DNA from: Stylophora pistillata
Lineage: Eukaryota
Reading direction: 5' to 3'
Assembly (NCBI RefSeq): GCF_002571385.2
Contig: NW_019217794.1
Span: 1,220,977-1,284,976 of the forward strand
Length of the DNA stretch: 64,000 bases
A program made the translations under genes and the position numbers. Every line of letters starts with the position of its first letter. Positions within the stretch are counted from its first letter, which is position 1. Below the pieces are notes generated by a model. It did not search any database, was not told the DNA's origin, and worked only from the letters and a program-made list of their open reading frames with translations. Positions 36,201 to 47,699 of the stretch are shown here, in pieces.

Positions 36201-38971
36201 CTTATTTGTGATGATAATGTTCATGCATTTTATACAACGTACTCTCCATATCAATGCGCTCTAATCCGCTTAACAAAATTTTGCGGCGGACTTTGGCAAT
36301 AGTGCACTGAACAGCTTATAAGTTTTGAAACGAAATTTTTCAGGTGCCTCAATGTAAGAATTTTTTTGGAAACAAGGACAGAATACAATACCGGGAGCTA
36401 TGTTCCCTACTCTTTGCGATAAGTGTGTGGGTTCCTTAATGTCCCCTGCAAACCAGAGTAGACATCGGTTTTCAAGTTTTTTGAGTAAGGTAATGAGATT
36501 TTCCTTGAATCGAATAACTGATGAAGCTTTTTGCAGTTGTGGTGTGGCAATTTGACGACTATCACAGTTGTTATATATATGTGGATGCGAAACAATATCA
36601 CTTATCCTCGTTTTCAACTCGTAATTCCACGCTAAATATCTCGCGTCGTCGACTAATCAAGATTCGACATTTTATTCAATTATACGATTCTAATAAAAAT
36701 AGGAGCATAAAACGGTCATAGGAGCTTACCTCGCAAAAAACCTGTCGAGCGCCTTTACCAAAAAAGTTAGCTAGGATGATTCTTGCTCCTCTTTTCTGAG
36801 TATTGATGAAAAGGAAGAAAGCATTTTATTACGTGGCTCATTGCTCTCTTAGAAGTTTTGCTTTTGTGATAAGTTACCTTTATATTCTCCATCTGGGCAT
36901 GCGCATCTTCTCTGAAACTCTCGGAAGAAAGTTTAATGATACCATTCTCCCAAAACAGAGCTTGAAGATCAGTTATAGCCTATGAAAAAAAAAGTCATAT
37001 TTTCATTTATATTGATAGTTAGACTCACATCTCTCCAATCAAGGAACAAATCAGTTAACAAATATTTGTCTCAAAGGTTTACAACATTGATTGATGCACG
37101 ACCTTGCTTTCAATGTCTTTTTATTGAGTAATAGGAACACTTGATTTAAACCTACGTCCGTCAAATAATAACTAAACGAAAGCTACCAAGCCTTTAGCAG
37201 GCCCTCGATATTTGTGCTTCGGCATTAGCTTTTCTTCGCCCACGAGAAATTATGTGACCTTGAGAAAAGCTAGCCGACGGGAGTTCTGCAAGGGGTCTGA
37301 CACTGATAATGAGTACCAGACCCCTAGTAAACGTCTTACCGACTTGTTTCAAGTCTTCCCGCGCGCACGCGCGTGGAGGGAAGTGTGTCATACAGTGCTA
37401 ATAATAAGGGTCTGTTCGCAGACTAAAAACTACCGTTCTGTGTATGTCCTCCTCCTGAAAGATGGTACCAACGTGACTCCATTTGAATGTTTTTAGTAAA
37501 GCGATCCGAGGTTCGTTAAATGAAGTGTCATCTGGTATCGTGCGGTAAAAATACGGATAGCTCTTCTTTACAGACAGCTCTGGTGATGTACTGGAATATG
37601 ATATCTGTAGTCATGAAAATGGGAGACAACTGATATTTGCTTTTTTTCTGACTGAGAATAGAATTGTGCAAAGAACCACTGCTAGGTTGTACAAAAGCAA
37701 CCACACAGAGAAGGGCATCTCCATTAACTATTTTCTGTCATTTTTACTTGATAACACAGTTTGATATACAAAAATTTACTCGGGCCCTTCACCTTGAGCT
37801 CGGATGGTTCTAGTGTCATGTTCATGAATTTTATTTGAACTGCGAACGAATAAAACTATTGACTATTGCGAGAACTTGTAGAATGAAAGTTTCTCGTAAT
37901 AAAATAGACAAAAAAAAATACGTATCACATATCATGTCGTCTTGGATATTTCTAGGCTGTCTGTCACCTTTTACGGTACAGGAGCAGTTTTTATAACAAC
38001 ATAATTTTCTCTATGATATACCTGTGGTATCGCCCATTGATCAAGTCCAGCCAAAGCCGCAACTACTGTGCTACATGACGAGAACCCAGCTCCAAGCAAC
38101 ATTATTTTACGAGGCTCTTTATGAAGGAATTCAAAAAGGATGTGTTCTGCCCAGCCAGGTGAACCCTGCAATTAGAAACCTCTTGTTAAAAATCAATAAA
38201 TTTCTAGAAACCTGGTTAGTTTTGTAACATGACCTGCTTACCGAAGACGTACTATACGTTTTTCTTATGTCGGTATAGACGCGTTTGAAGTCTAAAATCT
38301 TCGCGATGCGATCAGACATGCGTGAGATTTCTGGTGGTCTTGATTTCCTTTTTTAGCAAAATATTAGACCTAGAGTCGATGAAAAGCGAAAATTTTTCTT
38401 TTATTTTGCTTCCTCTTTTCTTCCAATCTATAAATAAATTCATCATAAATTAAAAACAGATGCGAATCTTCTTTAACTATAATTGAAAAAAACCATTGTT
38501 GGGCAGACAGTGAAAATTTGGATTTTGTTCATTGTCTTTAGCGTAAACGTGATTCTAAATGAGATCGACATCCTTCATCCAGGAAAATTGTTGCAAAGAT
38601 CATCAATACGCTATCAAAATTCAACAAAACAAAAAAAAGTGAAGAAGTTAATACAGCATCAAAGAAAAAAAAATTGGAAAAGAAGAAAACAAAACGCAAG
38701 CAAACGAAACCAAATGTCGTAGGTTAGAAATCCTTACTTTGGTGTCGTTCCAAATCATTCTTACCTGATAATGCTTCAATACCCCGGCTCTGTTCACGTG
38801 ATCAAACGCCATTTGCGCGGCTGGTAAAATACCATTACCGCCTGTCCATCCGTCTTTGTGCTCTGACGTCAGAGGAAATAATGCTCCTACATAAAGGGAC
38901 GTCTTTGGGCTTACTTGTGGAAGATTATTTACCAAGATGTACAGAGGAAGCACAAGACTCTGGGGAGACAT
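27233..38971 (-). CDS. GABBR2: GABA-B receptor-family class C GPCR (Venus flytrap, 7TM, coiled coil), GB2-like/divergent, ~799 aa
   Basis: 17 phase-consistent exons: 38971-38738, 38165-38022, 37604-37434, 36979-36878, 36795-36730, 36002-35811, 34792-34571, 33875-33812, 33016-32933, 32324-32174, 31655-31526, 30934-30827, 30635-30513, 29950-29775, 29105-28946, 28241-28089, 27352-27233 (2400 nt). Motifs [53 protein letters not shown]. Subunit orthology uncertain. Confidence 0.92.
28340..28590 (-). mobile_element. tRNA-derived SINE, second family
   Basis: Reverse strand has TGGTTAGTGCTCTCG, B-box GGGTTCGAGC and TGTGTTGTGTTCTTGGCAAGACACTTTACTCT...CCACCCGGGTG, typical of metazoan tRNA-SINE cores. 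Confidence 0.75.
33147..33550 (+). mobile_element. Penelope-like element 3' fragment (GIY-YIG C-terminus, 3' UTR, hammerhead)
   Basis: [25 protein letters not shown]/(frameshift)[23 protein letters not shown], typical of the PLE endonuclease end. Confidence 0.8.
33456..33496 (+). ncRNA. Minimal hammerhead ribozyme motif with U3-A8 core
   Basis: actt-TTGAAAA-t-gtatgt[ggagt]acatac-GAAAC-GTC-aagt. Confidence 0.55.
35036..35473 (+). mobile_element. Dispersed ~440-bp repeat (copy of 25915-26355)
   Basis: Inverted homology to 25915-26355. Confidence 0.7.
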
Positions 38972-39346
38972 TGTGCTTACCTGTGACACAGAAAAGTCAA
39001 ATCAATGACTAGACACGTTGTTTGTTTGTGTGGAAAAGCTAAGAATCAATATAATCAGTAGGGCCGACAAATGGAAAATAGTCATGTCCAAACTCTTAAT
39101 ATTATATTTAAAAAAAAAAATTAACCAGTTAGATCATGATTTTAAATTTGTTCTGTGAAGCAATTTGCTTTGTTTATATGTAAGACACGGACAGGGACAG
39201 CTTCGGATGAAAAGCACAAATTAATGCTGAATTGCATTGAGGATTTTGCGATATAATAAGATAAGTATTGGAACTGGCAACCACAAATGTCTACTCAAAA
39301 CGCTCTACTCTCGATTGGGAGACAACGAAAGCCTTTCTTTTTTGCA

Positions 39347-39660
39347 GTAATTTGGATATATCAACAAAGTTGAAATGGTAAATTGGCCACCGTAACGATT
39401 ACAAAAGCTGACGTTTCGAGCGTTAGCCCTTCGTCGGAGCGAATAGAGGAATTGTGGGTTGTGCGTGCTTTTAAAGGCAGAAAATGGAGCTACGTTATTG
39501 GTGGGAACATGGCAACGAGAAAAACACGAATAAATTAGTGGAATGAAAAGCGTTCGTTGATCCCTGTGGGATTTAGACTGCCGGTTTGAAAGATGAGCTT
39601 TTGTTCAAGAGTTTTACGGCTTTCCGTGCTACCTAAGTGTAAGGAAAGACCGCAGATTGC
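39347..39660 (-). mobile_element. Penelope-like/retrozyme-type repeat with hammerhead at 39407-39440
   Basis: Reverse complement of 17155-17363, including an identical hammerhead motif. Confidence 0.7.
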
Positions 39661-42600
39661 CTTTCTTTCTTTTTGTAGGCCGCGTACAAGAGGGTTTCCC
39701 CAAGGTTGAATAGACTGTCCGCAGTTTTTTACTTTCGACTAATTAAGAATCTTTCATGTCTGACAGGTTTGTCATTAACTAACTTATTGTAGCCCGGAGT
39801 TCTGAATTTTAATCCCCATTCCCAATTTCCATGCAAGGAGTATTTCACATACCTTGCGATGCTGTGCTAATATGCCTCTAAAATAGTATTAATAACCCGT
39901 AACAGTAATTCACGAGTGTTCTTTTTGTTCTTTTTTAAAACGAAGTTTACGTGTTGAATGCGGCCGAAACTTTTCGTGTTTCACTGGCTAATATTTTCCT
40001 TCTAATACCTATCTCGCTTGTTTGATTACAGCCAGCTGGAAACCTCCGTACTCATGTTTTATTAACAAGTTGGATTTCTGTAAAGAAAGTTGGCGAATAT
40101 AAAAAAGTCACTAATTATTTCTTTTTCAACTTTTTTTTTTTTTTAACTCGGATTTCTCGTTTATTTGCCCTCAAAATCTCCAACCTATTTTTTTCCCTTT
40201 CTAACATTGGGTTCTTAGATCTTTAGGAACAAAAATGCAGTTTTTTCCTCTTGGCCCAAATGAATCTCTCACCGAAGATTGAATAACTTGTTTGGAATAG
40301 ATCTTTTACGCATCAGCCAATGTAACTCCTGTCATGATCAATGTTGTTCCAAACTATTTCAAATAGAAACAGGTCCTTTCGTGGTATTTGTACGCCTTGT
40401 CACCTTCTTGATGAAGGCCTTGTATGTGTTTGTTCAAGATGGTCGGAATCATCGCCAACTTAAGGCAGTACTTGACAAATTTCAAACATGATTTTATCAC
40501 CTTTGTGGGCTTTAGTCGAAAGTTCTCATTTCACAGCTTCTAAAGAATAATTTTTTCTTCCCGCAGAATAGACTTTTCGAACGAAACTCTCAAGTTTTCC
40601 GTTGCGGCCTTCAGTGAAAATTCTGCGCCTAAATGCAATAAGATCACCAAAGTGTCTTCGTCTATAATATCAAAACATTATTTCCAGCCTTAAAGCTGAC
40701 AAAAGCTTTAGATTTTACATCACAGCGATATCTGTTTGACACCCGTTTCCAGCAGTGCCATTCTGTTGAACAATTCCCAATGATGAAGCAAGTCAAAGCT
40801 CACCTGAGGGCAAATTAATTTTTCTCACTGAGTCAAATGCTTTTCCTTTCAGCCACCAGATTGGGGAACATTCAGTTATCCATATTAGACTTGATTTTAT
40901 GTTAAAAACATTTCTTGCTGAACAAGGAGCCTTCCTGAAAGATAGACATGATCAATAACTTTTTAATTTGACTTTGCACGTTAAATAGCACGAAAGCAAT
41001 TAAAGTTACCGGAAAACATCTCGGCTTTCATGAGAGTCATTTCCGCTAAATGAGTAAAATTATCATTACTGCTCGTTCCAAAAGAAAGCAATTAGCGCAG
41101 AACTAATTTACAATCGCAAAGCACCCACATATATTTTGGTTTTTATGCATACATAAGTCAAACTTAAACACCTTGGGAATATAAAGTGAATACCTTTGTG
41201 AAAAAAATGTTCCATAGCCCTTGTTTTACAGATGAATTAGAAAATTTTTCCCAAAAAAAAACCAGATTTTTATCTCTTACTGCAGTTTTAAAGAGGGCAG
41301 GAATTTCTACTTGATTTACGTATGTCATATACAAGTTGTCAGTTTTTAATCATGCGCGAGCAAATAGAAATCTACGTAGCATAAACCCCTCCGAGAAACC
41401 CTGTCAGTTTGTTTAGACTCGTTTACAAGCTGGTTGACAGACGTCTGTTTCAATGACTGCTTGGTAAACTTTCTTACTTCCCGTCTACATGGTGGGGTAA
41501 TGACAATCAAATCGAGAAAGGTAGGGAAAAGCTAGTTTGTTTTGAAAATGATACAATTCAAATTTCTTGAGGGAAGACTGAGATTAAAATGAAAAAGAAA
41601 AACGTTCTGCTGCAAAGAATTTCTGTGATTCTTTGCGGAAAAAATGAAGTTATTTAATAAATAGATGCAAAAAAAAAAAAAAAAAAAAACAAGAAAAAAA
41701 GAAAAAAGAATATGACGTTAAGGGTAATAATCATGATGATACTATCACTGAGATACATTTTGAAAAGATGATAAATTGTGATCTTGAATGATCCATTTTT
41801 CTATTTTAGCAAGAAAAGTTCAGATAAAACAGGATGGGAACTCGTTAATCAATATTCGATTCCTTGCTGAGCTGGAGGGATATGTTTTACACCTGCTCTA
41901 TGTACTTTTACTGCTGAACCGCTGGAAATCGCTGGGCCCACGAACAATTTGTAAACATTATACCATGAACTAATTTTTTCTATGATCTCAACTAATTTCC
42001 TGATAAGACTGAATCTATTTCCCTTCGTCACGGTCAGAACCGTTTTCAATCGGTCTTTCAATCACACAACGAGATGTGTACCTAGTAACGCTCTCTAATA
42101 CGAAGTTTGCTATCGTACGTATATTCAAGTTTTTACACGAAGACAAAATGTTTCCATGATGACATAATTCTTAAAAATTAGCTAAAACTCCAAACTTCTT
42201 TGAGTCTTGGCATACATTGTATTTCACAGGAGTCAGTGGATTCAGTTTTCATTCAAACAAGTAGAGAAAGAATTCAAGCCGAACTGAGAGTGGCATGCTG
42301 TTCAACCCCCTTTGGCTTGAACGATGGTAATCTAACTAACTGTTTTTGATTTCATTGAGTAGAATGCACGACTCTCTATGTCTTAAAAAGAAAAATCAAA
42401 GAAGGTCAACCTGTTTTCTATCTTGAGAGTCGAAAAGCGTCAGTCATCGTTATGTCACTGCCCTTGTTTCTCTCAGAACCTCGTGTTACTAGTACTATTA
42501 CTGTCAGATATTGTGTAGCCTTGCGCATATATAATTACATCAGTTCTTTTAATTCTTAATGGAGGAACCAACGAAGACAGTTGAAAAGGACAAAGGTTCG

Positions 42601-45600
42601 AACTAAAGAATCCGATTAACACGGGATATTTTCTTTCAGCTTCACGTGAGATAATAATTAATTTTGTGTGTTTTAATTGTAATGAAAATTTTCCTAGCTG
42701 ATCAGCCCTTTTTGTTTAGCATCCTACTGATCGCCTGAATCCAAAACTAAACAAAAATTTAAAAAAGAAAATTTTGAAAAGAAAAAAGAAGGAGAGGGAG
42801 AGAAAAGAAGAGAAATATTACACATACTGCTGAAGTATAAGTCTACCAAGAGTCCTGCGTTTCAAGTTTTCTAGAAAGCTTTCTAGGAAGACCGTGCTCG
42901 CTAAATGTTTTGCATCACACAAGCGCGTTCAGTACTTCATAAAGATCTAAAGGAACGTTGCTGGTTATGTTGCTTCACTTTGAGTTCATTATGAACCTTA
43001 CTTTGCCTTTACACACATCATTTTTCGGTAAATTAAGAGAGAACAGCTATCGTTTTGTTTATTTGATATGTTTCAGTAAAGATGTGATAACTGTAAACTA
43101 GCCAGCTGTTTGTTTATTGTCATGAAAACTGAGGGGGTCGGTTCTCCTACATTTGAGCCCTGTGCTGGTTGTTTGCTCGGATAAAATAAAGAAAAGTTTT
43201 TTTGTCCAGAATATATTAACGAGTTGTTACGGCCTAATCCCATCTTTCTATTTCTTCAACAACAACTGAAATAACAAAGGGCGAAATTGGATCTGTTTTG
43301 AAAGTAGCGTTTCCATGGTGATCTTCATGGAATATGCAATCTCATATGTGTTTTGCTGAGACTGCCAACCAAATTGATGATATGCAAGCAAAAAAATCCT
43401 CTCTCGCAATAAAGTGTGATAAATTTTGCGAATTAATCTTTCGAATTTTCCATAATTTTGCAAATAATTGTTTTAGCTTTGATTCACTTCAACCAAAAAT
43501 GGAATTGTTTATGGATACCGATGCTGGAACCATTATAGCAACGCCTAGTTATAGAACGTAACCCACTAAAATTCACGGTGAATTAACGCTCTTTGAAGAA
43601 AAATGAGATGATTCAGTCTTGACCCAACCCTTTTTCAACGATGCTACAACTCTTCAATAGAGTAACCAGGTGTTACCATATCAAATGTAGACAGGTACGT
43701 TTCGACTGTTTTACTGTAAAGCTATGATTTCGTAAAAAAAACACCCGTGCCATTGCCGATTACGTATTGCACGAGGATTATCTTCTATTTATTTGTTTTT
43801 GTTCGCTTCCATTGGTGCATTTTGTCGTCGTTCCGTTTTGCCGTGATTAATCAGACCTTCTTCGCTTTCAAATCGGATATAACACAAAGCTCACACAAGC
43901 TTATTGGGGCCTATTAAACAAATCGAACCATACAAACCGAAACGCATCGTCTTAAAGATTCCTTGTCAATATATACTGCAAATTAACTATCTACAGTTAG
44001 TGAGAAATCAGTTCTAAAAATCTACCGCACGTCATGACTTATCTGCTAGAGTATCAACACATGTCGAAAGCCACTGCAGGAAGCGAAAGCATGAACGGGG
44101 GTGGGCTGGGTGGAAAAGGTTACTAGGGGCTACAACTGGCGGCTTAATTATCAGGGATTACAGAACTACATGCCGGTTAGCCTCTACAGACACAATTAAA
44201 TTGTTCAGAAGGTGATTGAACAAGAAAAAAAAACCATGGAATAAATCAAAACAACAAAAACGAAAAGCAGACAATAAAATCAAGACATCTTAAACGAAAA
44301 AAATTCAGTACAGTCATTAGCTGGGATTATTTTCTTGAGAAATTCACTCTAATTCGAGAGAAAACTTTTACAAAATGCAAAGGTAACATTTTAAGCCGCT
44401 TTCGAAAGCTTCCAAGATTTTCTATTTGAAGGTTTTTATCCCACGCGGCTTAAACGAAAAGTTTTACCGATGATAATGCGTGCATTTGGTAAAAGTCTGA
44501 ATTAAAATCTCAATTTTTTATTTTGAATTGATTCCGGTGCTAAGCTTAGTCATTATTTGGATTTTAGATTTAATTCCGTGAGCGTATCATAATTCCGAGA
44601 TGCGATGAATACATTAAATTCTACACAGCAAGAGATTTTCTATAAAATCGCTTGTACACAGATGGCCCAAAGTTAATTGACAACGTCGGTAGTTTTCAAG
44701 TGCTTTTCTGCAGCGATGTTTACTTGTTTGTAAAGAATTTGTAAATACTAATGCCTTAATGTAAATCCGACACCACTCCTTTCTTGATTAACCAAAGTAA
44801 TATTCAACTCCTGCACTCTGGAAAATGTACAAAATATATTCACTGTTTGTAAGAACTTATCAAAACCAGCAATTCACCACTTTTATTGGATTCAGTCATT
44901 TTCCAAAAAATCTTTGATTTCCGTCTGATTCAATTCAAAATTAAAAATAAAGGATACCGTAATTAAAAACAAACCACAAAAAAAAAAAAAAAAAAAAAAG
45001 AAGTAGAAGAAAAGTGAGACAAAAGCATCTCTCCAGTAAATCTTTCTTAAGAGAAAGACTGGATATTCTTAGTGTTGCTTTAGCGGGTTGTAGTTTGTAA
45101 GTCCACCATTTTAAAACTATTGATCTTTACTGTTCCTCATCTCCCGTAATGATAGAGGACTATAAAACTAAAGATAAATGACATTGCAGCATTTCCATTA
45201 CAATTTCCCTCACTAACCTTGGTAGTTCACATTGAGAATTTCTCTAGAAATTTGCAAAAAATGTGGGTGGGAGCTCCTCGAAGACACTGCGGATGTTTTA
45301 TCGCTGTAATTTAACAAAACTGACAGAAGATAAAACGCTGGCGGGTTTTTACAATACGAAACTTAGTACGCTAATGGTTCGCGCTGATATAGAATGCGAT
45401 TTTCTATCGAGCGGCCCTCTTTCAGAGAAGCAATTAAATTAAGATTTTCCTCAGGTATAGAATAACAATCAAGGATATCATGATCACTTTTGATTTCATT
45501 GTCAGTTTTTTTGATAAAAACCGACGTCGGTACAATAGTTATTTATAGGGTCAGCTTGTCAATGATTTTTAAACACGAGTGTATATATTTTTCTTTTTAA

Positions 45601-47699
45601 AATCCTCTATTACTTCGTGACTGCTACTCCATTGAGCTCTAACTTAGAATTCTTTCCTCATTTTTGTAATAAGGTCGCGTTTCCAGTTAATTTAACACTT
45701 TCCTTGCCAGAACAGGTGAACGAAAAAGAGCGACTTCGTTCACCTTGTGAATTATCAGTGTTGTCGCAAAACTGACATAGCTGTATTTAAACAAAAAGAC
45801 ATGTTTAGGAAAACTCTAAATAACGAAAACTGCTCATGTACTGCCGATTTCACTGTGGAAGGAAATCCTAAAGGGTTTTAATGAATATCACTCATGAGTT
45901 TATTATTCGTTTGTTTGTATTACTTAATGGAGTACGGTGAATGTGGCGTTGATTAGTTTTCTTTGATACTGCTTTCAACAAACAAGCTTTCCGAGTTTGA
46001 CAGTTGCATTTGCCGAGAGCGGTATTGGCCTTTATTAGAAGAATTTTTTGTCACGTACACCTGAATATACACTGTCATGGCTTACCGCGATTGAGTTTCT
46101 CAAGCTGTGTAGTAAAACACCTGAATAAGGCTTTCATTGTTCGTTCATTTGTCGGGAAATTCTAAATTTTCTTTAGTCGCTCTCGAAAAAGGAAAAAAAA
46201 CCCAAGATTTTTCACTTCATCAAGACGCCCATTCGAAAAACTCCGAGTTCACAATGTTTTACACTTCCTTCCGCGCTGGAAGTCGAGGTAAAAGTGCTTT
46301 GACTTGAAATTTGTTTTGAGATTTTCGATAATGATAAACTCTTACCTAGAGATCTCATAAAAAAAATATTCAATTGATAATCTAAACCAATCAGTTTAAA
46401 TTGAATTTAAGTAGTCTTCAAGTTATTACAAACAGTCCACCGTCCATCGTCTACTGACTGGGTTTTATTACACGCCGACAATAAGACGTAACCTTCATAA
46501 TAAATGGATAAAAGTAAGTCGAATCAAGGGAAATTTTTGAGAAATTTGAGAGGAAAACCAAACAGTGCTTCAAAAAAATTTTTTTTCCTAGAACATTTAA
46601 TCATTCCCCAGTATAACCAAGCATTTTGGTCATTTAGTTTCACCTTACATACGAATTTAGTGGTAAAACAACACGAAAGCGAGCGTAGTAACTCATAAAT
46701 ATCTTGTAGGTGAACGTGGGAAGATAAGCTGCAAGTTGGAGTAAAGGCAAATATTAACACACCACTTCTACTGAGAGGACGAGAAAAGAGAGACAAAAAT
46801 GATCGATGATTACAAAGCGCAAATGATGTTCAAGAGAATATCAACAACATCGGTTACTTAACACAATGATCGAATTATTCAAACCAACATCAGAAATCTC
46901 ATTTTTATATAACCGTAATTCTACGGCATCCAACATTGTTCAACTTAGTATTGTAAACCGAAAAAAGTAATAAACTCGACCAAAAGTTTGAACTTGAGTT
47001 AAATGTGATTTGTAAAGTTATGCGCAGAGACACATTTCGACTCGTTCAATGTTGACTCACATTGTTGCTATCGCCCCTTACCATCTTTTTTAAAACGCTG
47101 ATCGCCTGCGTTAAAATGGCTAAGTGAGATTTTAGGAAACGTGAGGGAAATGACGCTGATCGAGCCTGGTTTGTTGCGCACATATCCGTGTGTACACATN
47201 NNNNNNNNNNGGAGGGGAGGGGACGCGCACTATAACGAGTGTTCGAGGCTGATGGAGATTGGTGAGTAGCAAATTCACCGGACGTAACTACAGGATAAAG
47301 ATTTCACTGTAAAAAATCAGGCTTGTTTGGCAAAATGCTGCTACAAAATGTAAAAAACAACAAACAAAGAACAAAGCGAAACTATGATGCATTACTGGCA
47401 CTCTGGGCGACTGAGATGCCAACGCTGCTTTCTCGTGTACAGATGTAATTTAATATCATTATATTACACAAAATCCCTAACACATTTATAATAGATTTAG
47501 TTTTGCAACTACAAACCATGGAAACTTAAATGAGATGGTGTTGTAAACTCAGTGGATTCTCCCAAGTGATTTTACAGCTACATAAACACAACGCACTATT
47601 CACAGAAAAACTTTCTATCACGCATGGAAACTACGCTGTTCACCGAAATTTGATGAGACAAAGAAGAGTTCATTAATCAAAGGTGATTTTCAATTTTGT

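Noticed and set aside
39000-47200. Hidden gene in the 8-kb gap between the GPCR and MASTL
   Set aside because: Only short low-complexity ORFs; most likely 5' UTR exons, introns and regulatory DNA of the GPCR.
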